Source: Octopus sinensis | Taxonomy: Eukaryota | Direction: 5' to 3' | DNA: 64,000 nucleotides | NCBI RefSeq assembly: GCF_006345805.1 | Contig: NC_043003.1 | Coordinates: 92,442,001 to 92,506,000, forward strand | In this document: positions 39,595 to 52,494 of the stretch, one piece after another | Layout of the letters: every line of letters starts with the position of its first letter | How positions within the stretch are numbered: the first letter of the stretch is position 1 | The notes under the pieces: generated by a model | Database searches by the model: none | What the model was told of the DNA's origin: nothing | Seen by the model: the letters and a program-made list of their open reading frames with translations, nothing else | Made by a program: the position numbers and the translations under genes

Positions 39595-40010
39595 AGGCGG
39601 CGAGCTGACAGAAACGTTAGCACGCCGGGCGAAGTGCTTAGCGGCATTTCGTCTGCCGTTACGTTGTGAGTTCAAATTCCGCCGAGGTCGACTTTGACTC
39701 TCATCCTTTCGGGGTCGATAAATTAAGTACCAGTTACGCACTGGGGTTGATGTAATCGACTTAATCTCTTTGTCTGTCCTTGTTTGTCCCCTCTATGTTT
39801 AGCCTCTTGTGGGCAATAAAGAAATAGGTATTTCGGCTGCGGTTAGGTTGTGAGTTCAAATTCCGCCGAGGTCTACTTTGCCTTTCATCCTTTCGGGGTC
39901 GATAAATTAAGTACCAGTGACGCACTGGGGTCGATATAATCGACTTAATTCGTTTGTCTGTCCTTGTTTGTCCCCTCTGTGTTTAGCCTCTTGTGGGTAA
40001 TAAAGAAGCA
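39595..40010 (+). mobile_element. SINE family 2 dimer (head-unit-unit)
   Basis: The second unit restarts at internal GGTATTTCG after AATAAAGAAATA. Confidence 0.9.
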
Positions 40011-40051
40011 GGTATAATATAAAATATTTGACGAAAAGAAAGGTAAATATA

Positions 40052-40245
40052 CCGCTTGCTAAAAATCAAAGCGAAAGCTTAAAAACAAAAAGCCTACCAA
40101 TTCTACGATAAATATGAAGGCATGCCTTCATATTCCATCCTGAAGGTAGGCCTATTTTTTAAAATATTCATTACATTGCTCGTGCGTGTATTTATCGTAG
40201 AATTGGTTGTTTTTTTAAGCTTCCGCTTTGAATGTTAGCAAGCGG
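40052..40245. repeat. Foldback element: about 60-bp imperfect inverted arms with an internal perfect 24-bp palindrome
   Basis: CCGCTTGCTA...ACCAATTCTACGATAAATA / reverse complement; AATATGAAGGCATGCCTTCATATT at 40111-40134. Confidence 0.8.
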
Positions 40246-40348
40246 CATCTTTACTCTTCTTTTCTTCAAATATTTAAATACGTGTGTATTTGTGCATGAA
40301 TGTGTGCATGTGCGTGTGTGTGTGCGTGTGTGCGCGTGCGTGTGTGTG

Positions 40349-40408
<60 letters not shown>

Positions 40409-40444
40409 GTCATTTTGGGTATCACTTTAATTTGCATTCAATAG

Positions 40445-40880
40445 TGGGTTTAGGAGTTCCAGGATTTGAGGAGATTGGGGCACCATCCCTTAGCCGCTCA
40501 TGTTCTAAGGTATGCTCTGACCCGGAACAATAACATCCATTTGATTCCAGCTGTGGGCTAATGAGCTAAGGGGTTACCTACCAATGAATGTGAAGGCTGG
40601 ATCCGGTGGACTCTGCGGAGGAAACCTTTGTGGTTCAACAGAGGGAAAAGAGCTGCAGTAACGCACCGTGGAGTGCAGAGGGCATGATCAGGTAAGACAT
40701 CCTGGTCATCCACAGCATCTGTCTTCATTCCTAGTCGTCTTGACCCGCTCTTGCCACTGGACTGAAGATGGTCACGGACGAGAGAGTGAGGTTAACAGTA
40801 TGCAACTCTTCTTCACTTTAAACACAGTTACCGCACAAGGCATCATTTCTTGGATGACTTGATAATCCTCGTCAGACAAT
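40445..40880 (+). repeat. Dispersed repeat, homologous to 45745-46170 (possibly a LINE 5' UTR-derived element)
   Basis: Shared GTGAAG(G/A)CTGGATCCGG, GGTTCAACAGAGGG and TATGCAACT(C/T)TTCTTCACTTTAAACA blocks. Confidence 0.6.
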
Positions 40881-40924
40881 AATGTATGTGTATTAGTGTT
40901 AGTCTAAATGTGAGTGAGTATATA

Positions 40925-41119
40925 CGAGAGGATGTTGTAAAGTTCCTGGCTTTGGGTAAAAGAAAATACAAGAGGATCAATTAATTATGAATTTATTCAA
41001 CATATTCCCCTCTCAGTTTCACGCACTTATCGCAACGGTTCTTCAGCTTTTCTAAGCCTTGTAAAAGAACTTGGCTTTCGCGATAACCTTAGAGCCAGGA
41101 ACTTCTCAGCAAACCCTCG
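40925..41119. mobile_element. Mariner-type MITE
   Basis: TA|CGAGAGG..AAGTTCCTGGCT ... AGCCAGGAACTT..CCCTCG imperfect TIRs. Confidence 0.65.
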
Positions 41120-41256
41120 CACGTATGTAACTACACGCATGTATATTCAAGTGTGAATGTTTGTATGCGCATTTTGATGCGCGTTATATAAATCAGTGCC
41201 GGTTTAGGTGTTGTATATATGAATGTGTATATGTATATAAATATGTATATATATAT

Positions 41257-41299
<43 letters not shown>

Positions 41300-41426
41300 A
41301 ATGAGTTTATATGAATATGTATGTATATAAACATGAATGTGCATGTGTATACAATTATGACTGAATATATATGAGTGAGTGTAGCCATGTAAGTTACGTA
41401 GTTGCATAGTTATATAGTATGTCAGG

Positions 41427-41660
41427 AAAGGCGGCGAGCTGGCAGAATCGTTAGCACGCCGAGCGAAATGCGTAGCCGTATTTCGTCTGCCGTTACGTTC
41501 TGAGTTCAAATTCCGCCGAGGTCGACTTTGTCTTTCATCCTTTCGGGTTCGATAAATTAAGTACCAGTTACGCACTGGGTCGATGTAATCGACTTAATCC
41601 GTTTGTCTGTCCTTGTTTGTCCCCTCTGTGTTTAGTCCCTTGTGGGTAGTAAAGAAATAT
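41427..41660 (+). mobile_element. SINE family 2
   Basis: Near-identical to 30211-30442. Confidence 0.9.
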
Positions 41661-42344
41661 ATATATAGCATGTGAGGACATTTACAAACATGATCAAGTG
41701 GTTAAGAAGTTTACTTCGCAATCAAGAGTTCCCAAGTTCGATCCTACTGAATGACATTTTGGTCAAGTGTCTTTTACCCCAGCCTTAAATTGAGTCAAGT
41801 CTTGGGAGTGAAAACAGGTAGACGGTACTCTTAAGGAACACGTTGGATGTGTGTACCTGTAATTTAGTCATCACTTTTTTTCATATGTTCTAGGCAATAT
41901 ACTGCTTTCTTTTCATAAGTACCGAATTATTCTGGTAGATGGAAAATAACTGAGAACGTGTATCATATATGATGCATGGACGCCAGAGAATTATGTACTG
42001 TGTACCACATTTGACACAGGACAGGTAAAAGATTAAGAGTACATGTGTCCGTGGAATAATCAGCTATTTATGCGGTAATTCAATACGCAGGTATTTCAGT
42101 TTATCAAACAACTGTAATATTCATTGTCGTAACCGACGAAGATTCATATTTTTTACTTACATTCTAACACTAACACTATCTACTCCTATTGCGTGTGTAT
42201 CACTTACAAGAAGTTATTCTCAATACTTGTGAGTGTGTGAGTGTGTGTGAGTGTGTGTGTGCGCGCACACACACACGCGCGCACACACGAGCGAGCGCTT
42301 GTGTGGTTAAAATACACTGCACACATACGTGAAACGTATATACA

Positions 42345-43123
42345 ACATTCTTTTCTACTCTAGGCACAAGGCCCGAAATTTTAGGGTAGGTGGGGCAATC
42401 GATTAGATCGGCCTCAGTACGCAAAGGGTGAAAGGCAAAGTCGACCTCGGCGGAATTTGAAGTTTGAACATAAAGACAGATGAAATACCTGTTTCTTTAC
42501 TCCCCACAAGGGGCTAAACACAGAGAGGACAAACAAGGACAGACAAACGGATTAAATCGATTACATCGACCCCAGTGCGTAACTGGTACTTAATTTATCG
42601 ACCCCGAAAGGATGAAAGGCAAAGTCGACCTCGGCGGAATTTGAACTCAGAACGTAACGGCAGACGAAATACGGCTACGCATTTCGCCGGCGTGCTAACG
42701 TTTCTGCCAGCTCGCAGCTTTAAAATATATACTTTTCTACTCTAGGCACAAGGCCCAAAAGTTTTGGGGAGGGGGCCATTATATCGATCCCAGTACGCAG
42801 CTGGTATTTAATTTATCGACACCGAAAGGGTGAAAGGCAAAGTCGACCTCGATAGAATTTGAACTCAGAACATAAAGCCAGACGAAATACCTATTTCTTT
42901 ACTACCCACAAGGGGCTAAACACACAGGGGACAAACAAGGACAGACAAACGGATTAAGTCGATTACATCGATCCCAGTGCGTAACTGGTACTTATCTAAT
43001 CGAGCCCGGAAGGATGAAAGGCAAAGTCGACCTCGGCGGAATTTGAACTCAGAACGTAACGGCAGACGAAATACGGCTACGCATTTCGTCCGGCGTGCTA
43101 ACGTTTCTGCCAGCTCGCCGCCT
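42345..43123 (-). mobile_element. SINE family 2 tandem array (two head-unitA-unitB composites)
   Basis: Four GTCGACCTCG-containing units with two alternative 3' tails. Confidence 0.88.
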
Positions 43124-43322
43124 TATACGCATGTATGACATTGAAAAGACAAGACAGTAAATACTCTGCGTCGAAAGAATATATTTGTTTGTTTGTGTGT
43201 GTGTGTGCGCGTTTCGTTAAAATACCCTGCACACGTATATGTGAAACGTGTGTATAACGTTCAAAAGACAAGACAGTAAACACTAGGACCGTGAAAGGAA
43301 TATATTTGTTTGTTTGTGTGTG

Positions 43323-43378
<56 letters not shown>

Positions 43379-44199
43379 CGTGTGTGTGTGTGTGAATACG
43401 CGTGTGAGGGTGTTTGTGTATTATGTAAACACAAACCATACAGAGTTGTTATTGGTATTAGACCCAAGTTAACGGTAGTCTAGGAGACGGAAGATGAAAG
43501 GCAATCCATCTGTGACCCTCTCCACCAACATAATTTTATAAGTCACTACGACTACGTTATCTTATCTTTAAGACACAGATGATATCGCTTTACGGTTTTT
43601 TGTCTAAGATCAAAGTGTAAGAACATAGTGTAATATCTTTAAGACAGTGATTCGAGGTTGATTTAGCTGCTACTTTTAGAAGGTCGACCGAGCACGAAAC
43701 TGATATACAAGTCGGATGTGTTATATAAAGGCATTATGACTTATACGTGCTTGTGTTCTAATACGTGTGCGCTTGTGTGTGTGTGGTATGTATGTATGTA
43801 TGTATGTATGTATGTATGTATGTATGTATGTATGTGTGAGTGTGTGTATGTGTGTGTATGTGCGTGTGTGTGTGTGTGTTGTGATGCAAACTCAATAAAC
43901 ATCTAAATGTCACAAATTCTCAGATAAACCACTTAAACAATGGATTATAGAAATATTCAGAATTTCCTTCCTTTGTTTTTCTCTTTTCTTTTTTTTCTTT
44001 TCACGTTCTCTTTATTTTCTTCCTCTCTTCTTCCTTGTACTTCCCATCCTCTCCCTTCCATGCAGTCGTCTGTTCATCCGTCCCATTGATCTGCCTATTT
44101 ACGTACTTCACCTACATATTTGTCAGGTAGGCAGAGTCTACTAATCCCACCCATCCCACCTCAGTCTTCGCTATTCTTCTGTTGCAAAGCTCCGTCTTG

Positions 44200-44460
44200 A
44201 CAGGGAATAAACTTGTGGAGCAAAGAGGGCACCCCAGACGTTCCATCGCTGAAGTCGCAAAGAAAGCTGCGGGAGTGGCTTTGGATTAAGGAAAATAGGA
44301 CTGTAGGGTATTGTTGCTGGGATGCAAGCTGGGACTTGATCAACCCTAGCTGATTCAAGTAGGCAAAGCAGTTTGATGTTGAAAGACCTCAAGCACCCCA
44401 AGATCCAGGGAGTATAACAAAAGACGCAGGACAAAGCATCTACGACATCTAGTTATTTCT
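44200..44460 (+). mobile_element. HERO-like RLE element 3' end remnant
   Basis: EVAKKA / EWLWIK C-terminal motif followed by GATCAACCC...TGATGTTGAAAGACC 3' UTR-like block. Confidence 0.45.
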
Positions 44461-44624
44461 TCCGTTTCCACTTCACCACTCATTACTCAATCACTTAAAT
44501 AGAACAATGTTGACTGAAAGCTTAGAGCACTCTTCAACCAGCCGAGAAGTCACGGTCTCTTATCCTAAACAAATGCAATGTACTCTCTTCGTGAATTAAC
44601 ACAGTTAACTCTCAAGAACCGAGT

Positions 44625-45200
44625 CTACTTAGTGTAAGTAGGTACCTCATTGAATCGCAGTTCATTTAGAGATGAATGTAGGTATTATAATGAGCAGCAG
44701 TGTATTCTAGTTGTAAGTAGGTGTCACTATGAGACACATTCGGTCAGGTTTTAAGTAGATATATCACAGTGAGAACTAGTTCGCTCTAACTGTAAGAAGG
44801 TGCTACACTGATGTGCGGCTCATCTAATTTTGAATTAGTACCATAGAGATGAACACTGCTTAACAGTAAGTAGATACCTGTGAGATACCATTTGCTTAAG
44901 TACCACAATGGGACACATTTTATCCAGCTGCAAATAGGTACCTGAGTGAAAAAAATAGTTGAACTGGCTGTACATAGGTAAACTAAGTGATGTACAGTCA
45001 CCTCAGTTTTAAATAGGCCCCGTTGTAACACAGATGAACAAGCTGTAGACAGATATCATAAAAAGAAAATCCATTCTAGACGTAAACAGTCCAAAACTGT
45101 GAAACAGTAGAACTAGTTCTAAGTAAGTATCACAGTGAGGTACAGTTCACTTAGCTGAAATTAGATACCAGCTTGAGGTACAGTCCAAGAGGCTGTTTGC
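44625..45200. repeat. Highly diverged minisatellite, about 15 units of 36-41 bp (approximate consensus CTGTAAGTAGGTACCACAGTGAGGTACAGTTCACTTAG)
   Basis: Unit starts near 44632, 44711, 44749, 44790, 44828, 44864, 44928, 44968, 45007, 45043, 45117 and 45155. Confidence 0.7.
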
Positions 45201-45744
45201 CTACTGTGCCAAATTCAATTCTTCCAGCAGGAAATCTGGAAGAATTGAAACCAACCTTTTAACCAAGCGAAAATTTATCTCTCCTCAGTTAATTTAACAC
45301 AACAGAAAGCAAGGGAGAGGAAGGTTATGACGAAGAAGAGAAATAGAAGTAAAAGAAGCAATAACAAACGGGGCACCGTTGCTTTCGGCGATGAACGTCT
45401 GTTATCAGTCCTTTCTGCAATAGGCAGAAGGCCTGGAATTTTGGTGGGAGGGACTAGTTGATTACATCGACCTCAGTGTTCGACCCCGAAAGAATGAAAG
45501 GTAAAGTCGACAACGGCGGAATTTGAACTCAGAACGTAAAGGCGGACGAAATGCCGCTAAGATAGCGATTCTGCCACCTCGCTTGGTGAGTTCCATTCCT
45601 TCTTTGCTCCATTCGTTCTCTGACCAACAGTTATTGAGAAGTGAATTTAAGGGTGATGGTTACAAATTGAATGTCTGAATCCACAAGTAATGCTGATTCT
45701 ATTACAAAGACATAGTGTCCTGGGTATAACTTTAAACTGCATTC

Positions 45745-46170
45745 AGTAGTGAAGCCCTGGTTTGGAAGTTCCAGGGTTTTGAGGAGTGTAGAACCACTTC
45801 TTAGCCACTATTGTTCCAAGATGTATTGTGATCCGGAGTAGTAGTACCTGCTAGCGTTCTAGCTATAGATTAATTAGCATATTAAGGGCTTGCCTATCTA
45901 TGCATGTGAAGACTGGATCCGGCAGATTCAGCCGAAGAAACCTTCATGGTTCAACAGAGGGGAAAGGCAACTGCAGCTATGCACTGTGAAGTGCAGAGAG
46001 CAAGATGTGGCAAGTATGACATCTTGGTAACCCAATGCATTCGTCTCCAACCCTATACGGTATGCAACTTTTCTTCACTTTAAACAAAGTCACTGCGCAA
46101 GTCATGTCATCCTTAAGGATGACTACATAGTCCGTATCGTTCCGATGTAGGAACAGGACGAATACATAGC
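45745..46170 (+). repeat. Second copy of the 40445-40880 repeat
   Basis: See 40445-40880. Confidence 0.6.
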
Positions 46171-46177
46171 ATAACAT

Positions 46178-46480
46178 GTGGAGGCACATGGCCTAGTGGT
46201 TAGAGCAGCGAACTTTCGGTTGAGGGATTGTGGGTTCGAATCTCAGACCGGGCGATGTGTGTGTTTATGAGCGAAACACCTAAGCTCCACGCGGCTCCGG
46301 CAGAAGGTAATGGCGAACCTCTGCTGACTCTTTCGCCACAACTTTCTCTCACTCTTTCCTCCTGCATCTTGCAGCTCACCTGCGACGGACCGGCGTCCCG
46401 TCCAGGTGGGGAACCCATACGCGAAGGAAACCGGGAAACCGGCCCTTATGAGCCAGGCGTGGCTCGAGAAGGAACAAACA
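46178..46480 (+). mobile_element. SINE family 4
   Basis: Near-identical to 53192-53495; CATAACAT on both flanks. Confidence 0.9.
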
Positions 46481-47133
46481 TAACATCCTATAACAAAGCG
46501 TCTCCACGGTGGAAGACAATGGAAGACGGTGCTATTTGGTATTTCAGAGGAAACAGGTGATATAAGAAAGACAAGAAGATAATCAGATTGATACTAATAA
46601 GACATACACCTAGACAGAAATACATACAGAGACAAGCAGATAAGCATTATAGACAGATGAACAGCCAGGTTGACATATATACAGAGAGACAAGCACACAT
46701 ACACACAACAGACAGGTAAATGCAGATTGATAGATAGATTAGTATTTTTCATTTATTTTAAAGAAATGTTCATTAGATTTGTTTCATATGATAGAAATTA
46801 CCATATGATAGAAACTTAAGCACCGTTAGTTACATAGATATGTGTTAGCTGTATATATGAATGCTGTAACGAATTTATGAGATCGTTTCATTCTGGGTGT
46901 TGGTAATAAATACATATTTAGATTGGACTATAAAGTTGTTAGAAAAACCCATTTATCGTGCACTAAAAATGACATACAAGCAAAACACATTACAAATCAG
47001 ATATTCAGAAATTGCCCCGAGAGTAATTTAAAATTTCTGCACAATTTCTCCAAGCATTTTCTGAACATTTTGAAACCTCTCACCAATATAAAAAATAACT
47101 TGATATTGTTTGCTGCTCTTTTATGCTGGTGAC

Positions 47134-47340
47134 AAAAGATGTTCAGAAGGGGTTTGGAGCAGCTAAAATGTTCATAAGAGGTTTACAGGAACTAAAATAT
47201 TCAGAAAGTGTTTAGAGGAGCTAAAATATCCAGAAAATATTTGGGGAAGCTAAAGTATACAGGAAGGGCTTCGTGAGAGATTAAAATGTCCAGAGCAGGC
47301 TTGGAACTAAAATATTCAGAAGAGGCTTACAGGACGAAAT
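47134..47340. repeat. Diverged 29-bp minisatellite, 7 units (AAAATATTCAGAAGAGGTTTACAGGAGCT-like)
   Basis: Unit starts 47165, 47194, 47223 and 47252 are exactly 29 bp apart. Confidence 0.8.
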
Positions 47341-48110
47341 ACAGCTAAGCATTTCGTCCGGCGTGGTCACGATTCGCCGACTCGACAGACATAATAACTG
47401 TGCTTATAGATTTGTTCGATCAGGGCTGATCTGCAGCTGAACACAACAGCACCAGCAACAACAGCATTTAAAAATCATTTCTCATGAAATCATACCAAAA
47501 TCTTTTCTCACCAAAACGGGTGGCGCCATACACCTTAATGAAACAACACAAAAAACTGTCAACATATGTTCAGTGGAGTCAAAACAGTTAATTTCTCACA
47601 CTGGCCTCGTGAGAAATTGCAGCTCTTTTCCTTCTTCTTCTTCACACATGATCTTCTTTATCCATGACCTGATGGACCACCGGTTCCACTACAGAGAGCC
47701 TGGCAATCCCTCAGTCTCAAATTAGGTACTTAACGCTAGTTTTTTCCCTATTCTTTAATTAGCTTTACACAACGATATTTGTGGGGAATTCCAGTAAATA
47801 TCAAACAAGAAAATCATATAAGACAAAAATATAGACTTATCTCCATCGTAGCCTCTCACACGATAGAACGTCGACAAAAACATGCTCATGCGTAACTGTG
47901 TGGTAAGAACTTTGCTTACCAGTCACTTAGTTCAGGGTTCAGTCCCACTGCGTGACATCTCGTGCAAGTGTTTTCTACTATAACCCCGGGCCGACCAAAG
48001 CCTTATGAGTGGGTTTACTAGACGGACACTGAAAAAAAAACCTTGTAACCACACAAGTGTTTTTCTCTGACTATTCTTTCCTTTTACTGCGGACCTTTCC
48101 TCTCTTCTTT

Positions 48111-48137
48111 CTGACGACGAGCCATGCTCGAAACGTT
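48111..48137 (+). ncRNA. Minimal hammerhead-like motif in a PLE-terminus fragment
   Basis: CUGACGA-C-GAGC-CAU-GCUC-GAAAC-GUU; homologous to 34130-34156. Confidence 0.45.
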
Positions 48138-48325
48138 ATACAACTCCCTCCGTTTTTTCTATCTTAAAGTGAGCATTAACCTAATACATTCACTGTGTAC
48201 GTCATTTTGACTTTTGTTGGTTTGTTTTTATTTTTATTTTCGATTTGCCTATACATACATACATACATACATACATACATACATACATACATACATACAT
48301 GTATGTATGTATGTATACGTATGTG

Positions 48326-48356
<31 letters not shown>

Positions 48357-48772
48357 TTATGTATTTATGTATATATGTGAGTGTGTCTTTGTTTTTGTTC
48401 CCCAACGACGCTTGTCAACCGGTGTTGGTTTGTTTACGTCCCCGTAATCTAGGGGTTTCACAAATGAGAGCGATAGAATATATACCAGATAAAAGATAAT
48501 GTCTTCTTCATATTCTCCATTAACTTCAACAAAGATGTAAACCATTAAAAAAAAAATTTTTAAACATGCAGAATAATAAACACCTGGATGTTCCCTTGGC
48601 CCTCTTCACTTTATTCACCTGTAGAGTAGCTTGTATTAGAACCAAGAACGATACCAACACTAAACCCCAGGTACATGATACAAATAAATACAAGACAATA
48701 CAATCAACAAAAAATCTCACGACACATGGGTACTTACCAGCTCTCATCTTGACCAGTTTCCGTTATTTTTTC

Positions 48773-48804
<32 letters not shown>

Positions 48805-49319
48805 AGTAGTAGTAGTAGTGTCACTTGTCTAGGCCCGAAACTGTTTTCATAGGGGGTAAGTGGATAGCGGAAAGAAGTGATCCCAGTTCATCTCTGGTTG
48901 CCCACGTTAACACCCTCTGTTATTGGTAACAGCCATAAGGGTTCAGTGTATACGAGTCCGCGTATCCAGGGGAGTCACTTTATATGTAATGAGAAGCAAC
49001 CAGAGTCGGGTTGTCCGGTTTGCTTCTGGTTCCGGTATAAAATGTCGTTTGTGTCATCGGAGAAAATTTACTGCGTTTGTTGGTTCAGACGACCTCTAAT
49101 GTTTGTCTATTTTGTCTGTCTCTAAAACCGCGTGCGTGCGTCCGTGGGTGCATGTGTGTGTATGTGTGTGTGTACCTGTTTCACTGCCTTCGTCTCTTTC
49201 TCCCACTTTCTTTCTCTTTCTAAAATTTCTCCCTCCTCCCGCCTTTCCTTCTTTCTCTGACTTTTAATTTGCTTTTCCTCTTCCCTCCTTATTTCAATAT
49301 TCTGTCATCACCTTGTCTA

Positions 49320-49428
<109 letters not shown>

Positions 49429-49642
49429 TTATGTATCTATCTATTGATGACCTGTCTATGCAGCACCTTCATACCATTCTATCTATCTATATCTCTCCAT
49501 ATGTCTGTCTTCCTAATCTATTTCTCCACTAAGTTCCCTTTCTCCCAATCTACAAAGGTATTTACCCCCCTCTCTCTCTCTCTCTTTCTCTTTTACAAAT
49601 TCTCTCTCTTATCTCCTTTATAAACTCGCTCTCCCTTTCTTG

Positions 49643-49673
<31 letters not shown>

Positions 49674-50589
49674 ACAAAATCACTCCCTTTCACAAATTCA
49701 TTCTCTCTTTCTCTCTCTCTCAAACACACTCTCCCTCTACCCTCTTCCTATCACTCTCTACCTTCCCGATTATCGTCTGCTTTTCTCCAACTCACCAACA
49801 ATGCATAAATCATTATAACCAACACCAGTATTTCCACCACCTTCGCTACCTTAACTCACTCTGAGCACTGATTTTATCAAGTTGTTCTCATGCCCTCTAC
49901 CGAAGTCCACTTCCCTTCCTAATCTACATTCCTTCTTTCCTTCTGCTATTTACTTTTTCTTTCTGTTTTCTTATTGTCGTTTTCTCTCATTTTCTTTCTT
50001 TTCCTCATTCCATTCTTACTTGTTTCTCATTTTCTTTTCTCTTTCTCCCACCTCTTCAGACATTCATTCCTCTCTTTTCTTCTTTCCAAGTTTTAGGCCC
50101 ATACATTTCCCAGGAACCGATACATTTCATATATTCCTCGCAAGACCTCGCCTTCAGTATCACCAATAAGCTGCCACTAGCACCACAAACTACAGCAGCA
50201 GCTACTACGACCAAGATCAACACTATACTCTACCTAACACATTCCTTTAACCACCTCGACCCATACGACAACGATTGGATTAGATATGGGATGAAACCTC
50301 TCTTCGACTTCAACCTGCACCCAATTACCTAATGCGTATGGTTATGGTGAAGTACTAACTAAATCAACTTGAGATTTACAAATTAAGCCTCAATTTTAAA
50401 CACACGCTCTCTACCTACTCTGTCTTTTACACATACACATAGTTGTCTAGAAATAAACCATACTATTCCATTCAGCCGTTTCAAATGATTGCTGGCTTTG
50501 GATCTCTATCTCTGGCATGAAATCATTTAGTAATTTGGTTATCATAAGAACATACTGATAATACCTAATAGTAATCTTTTCTGTTCTAC

Positions 50590-50915
50590 GATAGGCACAC
50601 TGCTTGAAATTTTAGAGGGGAGGGGTTAGTCGATTAACTCGACCCCAGTACTCAACTGATATATATCTTATCGATCCCGAAAGAAAAAAGAAAGAAAGGC
50701 AAAGTCGACTTCGGCGGATTTCGAACTCGGAACATAAAACCAGAAGCTATGCTTTATAACGAAAAGACGGACGAAATGCCGGAAAGCATGTTGCTCGGTA
50801 TGCTAACGATTCTGCCAAATAATCCTTTCTACTATAGGCACAAGGCCTGAAATTTTGGGGGATGGGACGAGTCGATTACACTGACCTCAGTGTTTAACTG
50901 GTATCGACCCTGATA

Positions 50916-50978
<63 letters not shown>

Positions 50979-51195
50979 GATAAGCTGAGCTGGCAGACTC
51001 GTTAGCACGCCGGACAAAATACCTTGCGGTAGCTCGTCCGTCTTTTCGTTATAAGTTTAAATTCCGCTGAAGTCAACTTTGCTTTTCATCCTTCCGTGGT
51101 CGATAAAACAAGTACCAGTTGAATACTGGAGTTGACGTAATCGACTTACACCCTTCCTTGAAACTGATGGCCTTGCGTCAAAATTTAAAATCAAT
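50590..51195. mobile_element. Head-to-head SINE family 2 copies (minus 50590-50910, plus 50979-51195) around (AAT)n
   Basis: Homology to family 2. Confidence 0.75.
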
Positions 51196-51569
51196 GTAAA
51201 TTGAGAATCTGGAAAACCTTGAAGCCAGCCTTATCAGCTTAATAAACATTTGAAGGTAACAAGCTGACACAGCACCAACCCCCTCCCACAACTCTTTCAC
51301 GGTCAAATAAACCATTTCAAACATATATTCCTATAATCGCTAGCATAATAACATACGAAAATGATAGCACCAAACACCGTCAGAGAACGGCATTAAAATC
51401 TACTCCAATAAAAATCACTCTCATTACCTACAACATAAAACACACAGCAGCAAAATCCTAGTTTCCCAGCTAAAAATAGTATACCACTTGGAACGTACGT
51501 CCCATAGTACTCCTAAGAGTGCAAATAAGAACAATTTTCTATCCAATCACGATTGGACAGAACAACTAG

Positions 51570-51950
51570 ATTGCATAAAATGTTACTTCTCCAAGGACGT
51601 AATGTATAAAGCATGTTGATATTGAAATATATTATGCTGGATTAAAGAACACTTTTAAAATCAGATACAACCTGCACGAACACTCATTTACATCCATAGA
51701 CAATTAATTCAGTAATCTCAATATGTCTGAAAGTTGAGAGACAATAGATTCGAAATCGTTTCTCAAACCTGAAGCATTATGCATGGAAGACACTGTACAC
51801 CATTGGAGAAAAATGTTGCACATTATTGCCATCCGGAGAGTTCCATGTCTGACACTCAAATCCTTAAATAAAATTATCTGAACTTGAGTTCTCAGTCAAG
51901 GTTCATTAGACAGGCTCCTCGAAATAGTTTTCTCCACCATAGGAAACAGA
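51570..51950 (+). mobile_element. Decayed Penelope-type GIY-YIG endonuclease remnant
   Basis: VMYKA...YYAGLKNTFKIRYNLHEHSF...SQYV*KLRD...LNK resembles the YxG..ExTFKxRYxxHxxSF pattern. Confidence 0.5.
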
Positions 51951-52185
51951 GCACAGAGATACTGGCAGCGAAAAATACTCTCACTAGAGTACGCTCTATC
52001 GTCACACTTGACCACTGGCCACTGATGGAAATCTGTCTAACAATTATTTCTTTTAGCCTACACCAAGTACTCCTTGTTTCTATTTATGTCACCAGAGCTT
52101 ACGCACTTAAGGATAAACTAGAAGCATAAAACAGAATGAATTATAAGATGCTTCCGAAAATATGCATTGAGTACTCTTTCTCACA

Positions 52186-52228
<43 letters not shown>

Positions 52229-52453
52229 TTGCGTATATGCGTACGTACGTATGTATGTATGTATGCATGCATGCAGGTATCTATCTATATACGTATGTGT
52301 GTAGGCATATATGTATGTGTGTATGTATGTATGTGTGTATGTATGTATGCATGTATATATATATATATACTCACACACACATACGTATGTATATATATAC
52401 ATACACCTACAATTATGTATGTATGCCGGTATGTATATGTATATACGTGTAGG

Positions 52454-52494
<41 letters not shown>

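Noticed and set aside
44625-45200. CRISPR-like look (conserved block plus variable spacer)
   Set aside because: Repeats are highly degenerate, the spacers are homologous to each other, there are no cas genes, and the context is eukaryotic.
46178-46260. tRNA-like heads of SINE families 1, 3 and 4 as tRNA genes
   Set aside because: They have no intact cloverleaf and continue into multicopy SINE bodies.
48738-48828. Thr-rich minus-strand exon ending at a strong CTG|GTAAGT donor
   Set aside because: All three frames contain a stop as assembled (it needs a 1-nt fix in the TAG repeat), the acceptor is poor, and the phase is incompatible with 54064.
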